Source of the DNA: a virus
Reading direction: 5' to 3' (one strand)
IMG/VR virus record: IMGVR_UViG_3300025288_000012
Coordinates: 126,919-190,918 of that record
Length of the DNA stretch: 64,000 nucleotides
In this document: piece after piece, positions 47,718-57,300 of the stretch
Position numbering within the stretch: the stretch's first letter is position 1
Layout: each line of letters opens with the position of its first letter
The notes under the pieces: model-generated
Told to the model about the DNA's origin: nothing
Seen by the model: only the letters and a program-made list of their open reading frames with translations
Database searches by the model: none
Translations under genes and position numbers: made by a program

Positions 47718-48430
47718 ATGAGCCTCTTCTTCGGTGACAACAACTACTGTTACGTACCGTATAACGCTGCCTTAAACACGTTAACCAATGCCATAAGCAT
47801 CTGCACATGGGTTCACCTAACCCAAAGCCAGTCATTGCAGATGTTCATAAATCGCGCTACTGGTAGCACGGCGGGTAGCATGGCGGGTAACGAATGGTGG
47901 TCACTTAACTTGAGTGGTATGGCACCACGTGCTCTTATTGGTGATGCAGCTTCTGTCACTAATGTACGTGCACCTAGTGCGTTGTCGCTAAACACCTGGT
48001 ATCACCTTGCGTTCACCTACAATGGTTCCTCCATACTTCTATACCAGAATGGTGTAGTTGTTGCATCTGGAACTCGTAACATGACCTTCGGAACAGACAC
48101 CACGGGCATTGTGGTAGGGCAAATGCCCAAGGTGCAGGAGACACGAACATCCAGGAGTTTACTCAAGGGTATCTTGAGGACATGCGACTGTATAACAGGG
48201 TTCTTTCAGGCAATGAGATACTTACGATCCTCAGCAGTGGGTCTAAGGACTACATAAACAATGGACTGTTGTTTAAGCTTAGCATGGACGAGAGACAGGA
48301 GAATGCAGTTGCTGCGGGTGTAAGATCAGTAGTTGATAGTGGTCCGATCGGTCTACATGCAACTCCTTATGGTTCGTGTCTGTATGGTCCTAACAGTCAC
48401 ACCACCAAACGATCACCTTCCCTTCTGTAA
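47718..48430 (+). CDS. LamG/concanavalin-like protein split by a frameshift at ~48117-48119
   Basis: WYHLAFTYNGS..LYQNG, then (in the other frame) NAQGAGD..FTQGYLEDMRLYNRVLSGNEI completes the domain. Confidence 0.75.
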
Positions 48431-48551
48431 GAATTTCCGTGATCCTATATTCAACGGTAACAACTACCACCAATACTGCACTACCCTATCCAGTTGCAGG
48501 TGAATACCTGCATTATCAAGCAAGAGTTCCACATTAAGATCGGATACCACA

Positions 48552-48893
48552 ATGGCAAATGTTCTACACCGACAGTCGAAGTTAATGCTTACAAGCGTAA
48601 ACACTCCGGACTACCCAGCGTCTGAATGGGTGGTAAATCCTGATCTAACTGCTGTTGCCGGGGTACCTCAAAAGTACTGGGCTATTGACACTCAGACTAT
48701 TGTGGACCAACAGATGATAGGTGTCGAGGAAGACGACGTTACACCCATCTACGAGACTGTTACAACGTATGTTGACACCTTAAGGCCAATGACTGCGGAA
48801 GAGATAGGCGCTTACGATCTTGTAAATCCTGAAGTTCCGTCGTTCAATGGCCGTTTGTTGGATGGTACGCCTGGCCTATTTCGATGTTACTGA
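48552..48893 (+). CDS. Hypothetical virion protein
   Basis: SVNTPDYP..EWVVNPDL..VP.KYW. Confidence 0.65.
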   Translation: MANVLHRQSKLMLTSVNTPDYPASEWVVNPDLTAVAGVPQKYWAIDTQTIVDQQMIGVEEDDVTPIYETVTTYVDTLRPMTAEEIGAYDLVNPEVPSFNGRLLDGTPGLFRCY

Positions 48894-49267
48894 GCAACAA
48901 GCCCTGGCCGGCCATCAACAACGTCAACGCAACCTTTGCTCTTGATACCAAAGGTGCGCGTAATTGCTACTTGGACTACCAAGGGCAGAACGGTATTGAC
49001 AGTGGTTTTGTGCTACCCAATGACTCCTTGTTGCGTGAAGTGTCAGTATCGTTCAAGAAATATCTGTCAGCTCAGGTTACCGTGTTCTTCAGAGACACAG
49101 TTACAAAGTCAAACCTTGCAGCCGTAGTTATAAACTCCGGTCTTCGCACAGCTGTGGTCAAGCTTGACTCCACTAGAATTGACGCTACTTCCATATCCTG
49201 CTACTTGGAGAGCACCTCCAACGTGGCGAGTCCGATTGTAACTGCGACGTTCTCGCAGTGTAACTAA
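48884..49267 (+). CDS. Hypothetical protein
   Basis: 127-aa beta-rich ORF in the operon. Confidence 0.6.
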   Translation: MLLSNKPWPAINNVNATFALDTKGARNCYLDYQGQNGIDSGFVLPNDSLLREVSVSFKKYLSAQVTVFFRDTVTKSNLAAVVINSGLRTAVVKLDSTRIDATSISCYLESTSNVASPIVTATFSQCN

Positions 49268-49278
49268 AAGGTGACGAC

Positions 49279-50058
49279 ATGATTAGAAACTTAACCAACA
49301 TATCAGCTGCAGAAGTAGCACTTGACGACTTCAAAGGCAAGGTTGTAGCAGTAGGCGAGACGTTCGACGGACTGATGTTTGGTGACACAGTTCTGAAGGA
49401 CTCTGAGTTCATAGCACACGCACTTATCGAGCACAAGCTGACACTTACAGATGGGATCGCTACCTATTCTGGGCTAGATGCTCTCTATGTGATAATGGAC
49501 GTAGCACGGCAATTTACGGTTGACGGTAAACCGATTACCACCTCTTCAGATCGACCAAAAGACACTTACAGGTGTTTTACGGGACGTGGTGACAATGCCC
49601 ATATAGGTGAAGGTGCTGATCTTTTGTTTGATGTTGCTCCTGGGTCATCCCAGTCCATTGACATAAAGTTCTTAGATAACGTGTTCATCAAGGATGGAAC
49701 CATCGTCTACCAGAACGCGGAGCTTGGTACTCACCTTGACATAGAAGTTATTGCAATGCCCAATGTTCCTTTCCCGCATCCTACGCATGAAGGTACGTTA
49801 GACTTAGTCGATGGTGCATTCGTAGCAAACGCTACTAACACTGGTGTCTACATGTCGGCACCTATTGAGGTCAAGCTATTTAGCTTCATGAACCACATGC
49901 ACTTGCTGGGAGACGATCAACAACGAGTTGATTCGCCGGAATCATTCCAGCTTCACAGCCTTTACACACTTCGCTGCACCCTTGTGCATGTAGCAGGAGC
50001 AGCGCAGAATCTTAAGGCCGCCGTTACAATAGGCATGTACCGTGCCAGGACTCTCTAA
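49279..50058 (+). CDS. Hypothetical virion protein
   Basis: 259 aa; AAGGTG RBS. Confidence 0.7.
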   Translation: MIRNLTNISAAEVALDDFKGKVVAVGETFDGLMFGDTVLKDSEFIAHALIEHKLTLTDGIATYSGLDALYVIMDVARQFTVDGKPITTSSDRPKDTYRCFTGRGDNAHIGEGADLLFDVAPGSSQSIDIKFLDNVFIKDGTIVYQNAELGTHLDIEVIAMPNVPFPHPTHEGTLDLVDGAFVANATNTGVYMSAPIEVKLFSFMNHMHLLGDDQQRVDSPESFQLHSLYTLRCTLVHVAGAAQNLKAAVTIGMYRARTL

Positions 50059-50069
50059 GGTAATCATCA

Positions 50070-50555
50070 ATGCTTCCCATATCAGTAATTCCTTTTATCG
50101 TGAAGTACAAGAAGCCTATAGTGTACTCGATAGGTGCAGCACTTGTAGTTGCTGGATTGTACTTCGCCATCGCAGCAGTTTTGGACTCGTACTACCAGAA
50201 GGGTAAGTCTGAGGCTGACAAGGTCTGGATAAAAAAGTACAACAAGGACGTTACACGTCAGAACAAGCGTATCGACGAACTTGAAGCACTTTCCACCAAA
50301 GGTGCAGAACGCTTACGACAAGTACGAGACACAGCAACACTGTTTGTGGACGCGAGTGTAAAGAAATGGAAGACCTTAGAGAAGGAAGCAGGTGACAAAG
50401 TCAAAGTCACTGTAAAGTGTCCTGCCCCATCTGCAGTTAATACTCCTACTTCTCAGGCCCCTCAGGAAGTCCAGTTGCAGCTTGACACGAAGGACTTGGT
50501 ACTACCTCCTGGTTACATAAAGACGTGGAACACGATAAATGAGGTCACACAATGA
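50070..50555 (+). CDS. Inner-membrane spanin (Rz-like)
   Basis: N-terminal TM helix, periplasmic coiled coil, ATGA overlap with a lipoprotein gene. Confidence 0.75.
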   Translation: MLPISVIPFIVKYKKPIVYSIGAALVVAGLYFAIAAVLDSYYQKGKSEADKVWIKKYNKDVTRQNKRIDELEALSTKGAERLRQVRDTATLFVDASVKKWKTLEKEAGDKVKVTVKCPAPSAVNTPTSQAPQEVQLQLDTKDLVLPPGYIKTWNTINEVTQ

Positions 50556-50863
50556 AAGCACTTATCATTGTACTGGTTCTTCTGTCTGCCTGTGGGACAA
50601 CAGCTCCTGTAGTTATTACACCCATTGGAGCTTCAGATTCAGTTAGCCCTGTGTCAGGTGCAGAACTTGCTAAGGTGAAGGAGACGGTCAACATAGACAG
50701 AAGTCTTTTGACTGAGTGTGGGTCCTTCACCAACGTAGCGGTAGGGGCTACGTTAGATGGCCTGCTAAGCGTTCATGCCGCAGATGCAGTTGTTATGCGC
50801 GAATGCGCGACGCAAACCTCAGAGCTAGTGAAGTTGTTGAAGGAAGCTCTCAACATAAAGTGA
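50552..50863 (+). CDS. Outer-membrane spanin lipoprotein (Rz1-like)
   Basis: Lipobox LLSA-C; extra Cys; Pro-containing linker. Confidence 0.8.
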   Translation: MKALIIVLVLLSACGTTAPVVITPIGASDSVSPVSGAELAKVKETVNIDRSLLTECGSFTNVAVGATLDGLLSVHAADAVVMRECATQTSELVKLLKEALNIK

Positions 50864-50885
50864 TCTACACTTATCTAGGACAAGA

Positions 50886-50910
50886 AAAAACCCGGCTTTT
50901 GCCGAGTTTT
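50886..50910. terminator. Bidirectional terminator between convergent operons
   Basis: aaaacccggc-tttt-gccgagtttt hairpin with T-runs on both strands. Confidence 0.75.
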
Positions 50911-50931
50911 CCTTTTAGGCTAGCCGTCTAC

Positions 50932-51087
50932 TCAGGTGTACGAGTGAAGAAGCTCCAACGAGGCAGCATCTGCAACTACCCGTAATCCTCTCTTGAGGTA
51001 GTTATCCTCAAGAAGGAAGAAAGAGTTACCCTTTAGTGGTACCGGGTTGCTAGAGAGTAGTATGGGCAGGATGATTGCGACAGGCAT
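50932..51087 (-). pseudogene. 51-aa truncated paralog of 60537-61145, absent from the ORF track
   Basis: MPVAIILPILLSSNPVPLKGNSFFLLEDNYLKRGLRVVADAASLELLHSYT vs GNTFFLLEDKYVKGGLQVRAD. Confidence 0.7.
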
Positions 51088-51107
51088 GTTAAGGACACGA
51101 AGTTTAC

Positions 51108-51884
51108 TTAGCTGGAAGTGCCGGCAAGTGCAATGCTCAGGTCAGCAAGTGACGAGTCTTGCGTAGGTGCCACGACCGTTAGAACATCACCCGGCACAAA
51201 TGACTGTGCTGCACATGCACTGAAAGTAGCGGCAGTACCAGCTGCTGCAAAAGTCGCAGTAGAGAAGGTAGTTCCATTCTTCTTGAATTCAAAGGCTGCA
51301 CTAGCTGCGGCCGCAATGGCAGCAGTGAATTTTGAGCCTTCCATGTTTGCGGCCAGCAAGAAGTTGCGAACTGCCGTGAAGCGCAAAACTGCAGCCGACG
51401 AAGTCGGCTTTCCATCAACTTGCGTTGCTATGTCGTAAGGCATGGATGTAACTGAGCCTGAGAGCAATTCCTTCCAGTTAGCAAGCGTTGAGGCCCCCGC
51501 GGTCTGAAGAATGTAAGACTTTGACAGGTCTGTACGAATCGCCACGTCACCGACTTCAGCGGTAAGTGCCAACATCGCAACTTGACTTGCAACGACGAAC
51601 GTATCCGAGATCGCAATTGAAGGAACCTGCGAATCAAGGATCTTGCCCTGAGCATTAAGCGTAGCAATGCCCGAGTCTACACCTTTGATTGCATTGCTGT
51701 CAATAGCAACCCAGGCAGAACCAGTATCGTCCCAGTAGTACAGACCTGGCTGCGACTGCCCTGAAGCAACTGTCAACTTGAACACTTGACCATCAAGAGG
51801 TGAAGCTGGGAAGGAAGAGTCGGACTTGAAACGGAAGCTAACAGCGGAACCCGTAGCGGTTAAGGTAAATCCATCAACTAACAT
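51108..51884 (-). CDS. Virion/fibre protein
   Basis: FPASP.DGQVF; GIATLNAQGKI..SQVP; TAEVGDVAIRTD; C-terminal beta domain. Confidence 0.8.
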   Translation of the reverse strand: MLVDGFTLTATGSAVSFRFKSDSSFPASPLDGQVFKLTVASGQSQPGLYYWDDTGSAWVAIDSNAIKGVDSGIATLNAQGKILDSQVPSIAISDTFVVASQVAMLALTAEVGDVAIRTDLSKSYILQTAGASTLANWKELLSGSVTSMPYDIATQVDGKPTSSAAVLRFTAVRNFLLAANMEGSKFTAAIAAAASAAFEFKKNGTTFSTATFAAAGTAATFSACAAQSFVPGDVLTVVAPTQDSSLADLSIALAGTSS

Positions 51885-51953
51885 TGTGATACTCCTTGAA
51901 AGGTTTGTACAACATGCAAAAATTATGAACCCACTAGTGTAGTGAGTTCTTGG

Positions 51954-52715
51954 CTATGTGCTAGCAAATGACTCTGTTGGTACGTTGAAGTTAGCCGTGT
52001 ATCTTGCCAGGCCTTTGGTGACCCGTACTTCATCCAGGTATCCAACGAAATTCCGTTTGTACTGGTAGTTCCACCTGCCCACGCTTACAAGCTGTCCTGA
52101 TCCCACACAAGTTGAAGCCTGAGCGATAGTAGCGGTACCTTGAAGTACACCATTGACAAAGATGCGAACGGTGGTGCCAGAACGTGTAACCGCTACGTGG
52201 TACCATTGGTTAAGCGCAAACGCGGCGGTAGTCTGCAGCGTGTACTGCGTACTAGCCCCTTGTGACATCCACCGGTAAGCAAACTTCGAGGTATTAGAGG
52301 TACCTGACCACTCTAAGATCCATGAGGAGGAGGAAGCAATTGTGCCCACGTGGATTATTGCCTGACGACCCCAACCATCATCATTGGGTACAGATGTCTG
52401 CGTAGGATAAACCCAGGCCTCAGCTGTGAAGTCACCCTCAAAGCTAAATTTGCTTGAGTAAGGTACCTCAAGTCTTGAGGTGGCGGCAGCCGTGAACTTG
52501 CCTACGCTTGAACCAAACTTCGACACCAGAGTGCTGGTAGTTACGCCCGCACCTACTGTTGCGGCAAGTCCTGTTTCCTCAGTAAAGACAGTTCCACCAT
52601 CAGGACCATCCATGTGGAGCAGCAAGGAGACGTTGTCCCAGTACTCGTCATAGTTCACAACTGGGGGAATTACAGTGATGGCAAAATTAAGAGGTGCCAG
52701 GAAGATTAAACCCAT
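51954..52715 (-). CDS. LamG/concanavalin-like virion protein
   Basis: VSLLLHMDG; FTAEAWVYP; WYHVAVTRSG..IFVNG; GYLDEVRVTKG.ARY. Confidence 0.9.
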   Translation of the reverse strand: MGLIFLAPLNFAITVIPPVVNYDEYWDNVSLLLHMDGPDGGTVFTEETGLAATVGAGVTTSTLVSKFGSSVGKFTAAATSRLEVPYSSKFSFEGDFTAEAWVYPTQTSVPNDDGWGRQAIIHVGTIASSSSWILEWSGTSNTSKFAYRWMSQGASTQYTLQTTAAFALNQWYHVAVTRSGTTVRIFVNGVLQGTATIAQASTCVGSGQLVSVGRWNYQYKRNFVGYLDEVRVTKGLARYTANFNVPTESFAST

Positions 52716-52726
52716 GATATAGTTCC

Positions 52727-52936
52727 TTAAGAATTTGGAAAACTTGTTTGATTGTCTGCAAAGTTTGATGTGTAGCGACCTACACCTTTAGTGATACGAA
52801 CTTCATCAATCTTCCCTCTGAAAGGTCTTTGCTCATCCGTGAAGACAGTTCCACCACCAAGACCCATCCATACGCATAAGCCCCGCACAACCTTGTCCCA
52901 GTATGGATCAGGAACGAGCTGGTTCACCTCACGCAA
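52727..52936 (-). pseudogene. Internally deleted LamG paralog
   Basis: DPYWDKV..GGTVFTDE joined directly to FRGKIDEVRITKGVGRYTSNF; the core domain is missing. Confidence 0.75.
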
Positions 52937-53663
52937 AGCACTTGATTACTACTTGCCCTGGCTGACCCTCGGTGCCTATCAAGGCTGCTTTGTCAACGTC
53001 CAGAGAGCCACCAGGCAACGCACCACCGGGCTCTGCCACGACGTTGAAAAGTGGTTCGTAATAAGAAATACCTCCATTTCCACCACCGCCACCAAGGTAA
53101 CCACCGCCACCGCCACCCCCCACACCATAGCCATACGGCTCGCATCGTACACCACCAGGTCCACCTTTGCCGAAGCCGAATTCTCCAGCTGCACTACAAG
53201 CATTGTAACCTGCCAGGCCATCTGAAGTAAGTGCTACACTTACAGTGTCCATAAGCCTACCGTTCTTACTAATTACGTTTGGGTTTCCACCAATATAAAT
53301 GTTATTGTTAGCACCTGCACCTGCACCGGCAGCTGCAATTAGTTGTCCTTCCCAAAGTATTGCCGAGGAACCTCCACCCTGACCTGCCACATAGGCGTCC
53401 CCACCACTATTTACGCCCTTATGACCTACATAGATAGCCAGCAAATCTCCTGGAGTAACTGATAGGAACCCACTTACAAATGCACTTGTACCACCGTGCT
53501 GATTATTACCACCAGTACCACCACCGCCGCTCCACACCTTTAGTAGTACGGATATGCAGTTTTCTGGAATTAGGAAGTATTGCAAGGCACCTGTGTAGTC
53601 GAAGATTGTGCTGCTCAACAGTTCTCGTACCACAGCTGCGTAGGGTTTGACCAAGATCTTCAT
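52929..53663 (-). CDS. Glycine-rich domain virion/fibre protein
   Basis: VWSGGGG..GG..VSG.LSVTPG..L.IYVG; GGGGGG tracts; GQPGQVVI. Confidence 0.85.
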   Translation of the reverse strand: MKILVKPYAAVVRELLSSTIFDYTGALQYFLIPENCISVLLKVWSGGGGTGGNNQHGGTSAFVSGFLSVTPGDLLAIYVGHKGVNSGGDAYVAGQGGGSSAILWEGQLIAAAGAGAGANNNIYIGGNPNVISKNGRLMDTVSVALTSDGLAGYNACSAAGEFGFGKGGPGGVRCEPYGYGVGGGGGGGYLGGGGGNGGISYYEPLFNVVAEPGGALPGGSLDVDKAALIGTEGQPGQVVIKCFA

Positions 53664-53664
53664 G

Positions 53665-54375
53665 TTAGTAGCCTACTCGTATTGAACAACACGCTTGCGC
53701 GGACTTCTGACCGAATTCAGTTAACAGCTGATACACGAAGCTGTCTATTCCTCGGTAACCAGCAGGAGGCTTGTAGTCCCAACCAAGGTGGTAATCACAT
53801 CTACGCAATTCACCATACTTGACCGTGTCTAGAACCTCAAAGTCCAGTCTGTAGCCACCCTGGAACATGGCCTGCGTGGCAAGGACTTCCAAGTCTACGG
53901 GATTGGCGCCTTGGATCAAGAGCCTACTAATGTCAAGGTGATACCATCCATCGAAGGAATCAGTTGCACGTAGAAGCACAGTCATGCCCACGCTCATAGG
54001 CGTTACTGAATCCACGAGTGCTAGAATTGGTGCGCCAGCTTGATGCGACGATAGGTACTTCTGCACAGTGTAGAGGTACCTTGAGTCTTTTGTGTACCCT
54101 ACTTCGTTCTCTAGCCAGGTACTGTAGAAGTTGGAGTGGACAACTTTGAGCTCTTGTCTCTGTAGTATACTGTCAATGTACACCTGAATAGAATCAATGG
54201 GCATAGCCCAGAAAGCACTGGGTAACTCCTTACGTGTTACCTCAGAAGTTTCCCGAATAAGGTACTCGTATAGTAGAGTGTTTGAGCCATCGGCTGATAG
54301 ACTGGGTATGTTAAAAGTCAAGGCTGGTGCAATTGGTATGAAGTGCCTGTACTTCTCTGCTGTTATGATCTTCAA
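53665..54375 (-). CDS. Hypothetical protein with C-terminal Ig-like (Big_9-type) motif
   Basis: YKPPAGYRGIDSFVYQL. Confidence 0.65.
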   Translation of the reverse strand: MKIITAEKYRHFIPIAPALTFNIPSLSADGSNTLLYEYLIRETSEVTRKELPSAFWAMPIDSIQVYIDSILQRQELKVVHSNFYSTWLENEVGYTKDSRYLYTVQKYLSSHQAGAPILALVDSVTPMSVGMTVLLRATDSFDGWYHLDISRLLIQGANPVDLEVLATQAMFQGGYRLDFEVLDTVKYGELRRCDYHLGWDYKPPAGYRGIDSFVYQLLTEFGQKSAQACCSIRVGY

Positions 54376-57300
54376 TTAGCCACCATTCAAGTAACGATTT
54401 ATCTTCAGCTGCGTCTTTGCAATCCGTAGTGGCCCCATTGACAGATTCCATGCATAAGGAACTATGAACAAGTCATTCGGCCCAACAGAGGAGCAGTACT
54501 TCAGCACAAACACGTCTGGGTATACCTTCCACAAGTAGCAGCCTTTAAAGGGCACATACTCTTCAGTCATATCTGCATGACCTGAATTTCTTGCAGCGTC
54601 GAATGCATCCAGAGAGTCAGAGTACAGACCCTTGAGCTCGCAGGAGCCGTAAGGCGGGCAGAATGTCACTATGTCCTGCACAATCTCAACTTGTGCACCA
54701 TTCATTACCCGAATGTCAGTTATGCGCCTGCTGAAACTTCCTGTGCTTACCTTGATTGCGTTTGTGGTTGATATCTTGGCCACCACACCTGTGGTAAGGA
54801 CAACCGTTCTAGTATCACGGTCAGCACCAGGTAACGGGGACGCGTTAAATGTGGACGTAGTCAGAACGATATCTAATGGTTCAGACTCGTGGTAGCTCTG
54901 CAGCCAATTTTGTGAACTCATTATGTGCATATACACGCCATAGCTGTACACTGACCCAATGGTAGGCCTATAAGGTGCTATCCTTGAATGAAGCTTCCTC
55001 AGCTCTACCTCAGGAGATTGCCTTTCCTTGATAGCGTATCTAATGGCGTCAGTAGACCTGAAGAACACAGGCTTCGAGTAGTTGACGTTCTTATCGAAGA
55101 CCAACTCAACAGGCATTGGTTCAGAGATTCGCATCTGAACTACAGTTGTTAGACCATAGTAGTCGTTAACTATCTGTAGGTCATACTGAGCTTGCACAAG
55201 TACCTGAGTGTTCACAACCTCACCCATGAACCCTTGATCTGCAGTCAGAACGTCAAATGAGGTTATCGAAGGGCTGCTGAGTTCATAGAACGTCAAGTCG
55301 TAGACTAGCTTACCATAGAGAGGTAAGTCTGCCTCCACAAGCTTGTAGACATGCTTTATCCCGATGGGCAAGTACAGAAGAGCGCTCTGTGTACCAAGAA
55401 GTATGCCTTCGGTGTAGGGCAAATCTACTGGTATGACCGTTATGCCTCCTTTAGCTTGCGTAGGAAGCTCATAGCGCATCTGACTTGATTGGTCACGGCT
55501 ACCTGAAACTATACCATACGTCACAAGCGTGTCTTGTACTTTGATACCGCTGTCATGGCTTACGGCCGAGTTAGCTACTTCAATAGCTGTTCTAACTATT
55601 GTCGCACCAAGCTCAGGCAACTCAACAGAAATAGGAGTGAACTTCAGAGCCAAACTAGTTACCACGTCAACTGTAATCGGCTTCAACACTTCTAGGGATG
55701 CGTCAACCACTGTGGATAACAGGTGAACCCGCTCTAGGAGTTCTGGTTCTGCATACGTTTTCAGGACTGCGAAGTACGGCCATATTGTCGCACCGTCAAG
55801 AGTTATGGTTACTATCTTGAACGTAGCGAAAGGCACTTCTCCATGATACATCTTGTACTCGTTTACTGCGCCTACTGGTCCATCAATGAGCACAACAAGC
55901 CGTACCCTATCACCGTTGGAGACAAGTATAGTAGGCGTGAAAACAAGTTCGTCGTTTAGGTAATACGCACCTACAGTATTGAGGAAGTCTGCAAAAATTT
56001 CTGACTGGACTCCAACTGTCAAGCCACTTATCACTATTTCGTTTGACTCAGCCAGGAGATTTATGTACTGATCGTACTTCGTGACAAAGTACACGTCATC
56101 CGGCCAGAGGTCAGGCTCAGTACGTACAGAATACGTCGTGCCTACGCTGCAACTACCCACTCTAACATCCCGTTGGGTGTAGTAGGAGTCAGGTGAAGTC
56201 TGGCGAATTAATACCACGTCTCCATTTTGGACCGTAATGTCTGTGGTGGACTGTAGTACATCGTTCTTCAGCAGCTCGACACCCGGGTAAGGTTCAGCGT
56301 AGAATACTGCGGGTCGAATAAGGCCTGAGATGGTCAGTCCGTCAGACTGTACAACAGTGCTTATGGGTACGTTGTCTGTGAAGGGTATAACTACTGAGTC
56401 AATAGGTGTCAGCAGAGACGTAGTCAATGCCAAGTTTATGTTAGGCAACGCCTTCAGTACTACAAGGCTGCCGTTATATGTGCTGGCAGCTAGTAATGAA
56501 GGTCCAACTACAGATGACACTGTTATGCTCAACTGAGTGTCATACTTGTACACCGTGCTGTTGTATAGGTCAGAGTAGTACAGATTCTGACCTATCAAGG
56601 CCAGTCCTGATACCGGTCCAGGTGCTTCTATCCTAGAGAGTTCGGCATACGTGTCATCCACAATCCGTACTGAGTTGCAATATGAGTCTGCTATGTAGCC
56701 AACACCTGTCGAGGCTACTGCCACCTGAACGATTATGTCGTGGAGCGCAGCTACTTCCAGCATGATGGAAGATATAACGGAGGCTGTTTTTCTTTCAGAC
56801 GAACCAACTATGAACCTTCCAACAACTAAAGGATCTTCCGCCAGGAAATCAGGGCTTTCGTAGTAGAAGTCCCGTACAAAGGTCAGCAGGTCAGCAGCTA
56901 CACTGTACTTCTTGATTAGTCCAGGCGCGGCGAAGGCGACAAGAACGTTAGAGTTAACATCGCACAGCAGTGCGCTAGGTGCAGCTGGTAACGCATACTC
57001 GGCAGCAACTACGTAGTCCTTATCGAGTATAACGATTTTGTCCGGAGAGCTTAGTGCAACAACCAATCTAGTTGGCTCAGCTACAGAGTAAGAGTATTTG
57101 GGGTAGTAATCAATGGCCTGTATAGTGGAACCAGCAGGCGGAACATACACTTTCGCCACAACACCATTTTCAATGTCTGCCACGTACACCTTGTTCCTGG
57201 ACTTATCAAGAACGTTTAAGTACGTCTTCTGCGAAAGTACATTAGTTGGTGTGGCAGTCAGTACAACAGTTGACAGCACGGCCAAAGAGTCGTTCAAGAC

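Noticed and set aside
50992-51014. Hairpin tcttgagg/cctcaaga suggesting an ncRNA in the convergent gap
   Set aside because: The gap is better explained by the vestigial fibre ORF on the minus strand plus the terminator.
52683-52689. Additional TAATTTT (minus strand)
   Set aside because: Lies inside the LamG coding sequence, so probably chance; noted as a counter-example to the promoter hypothesis.
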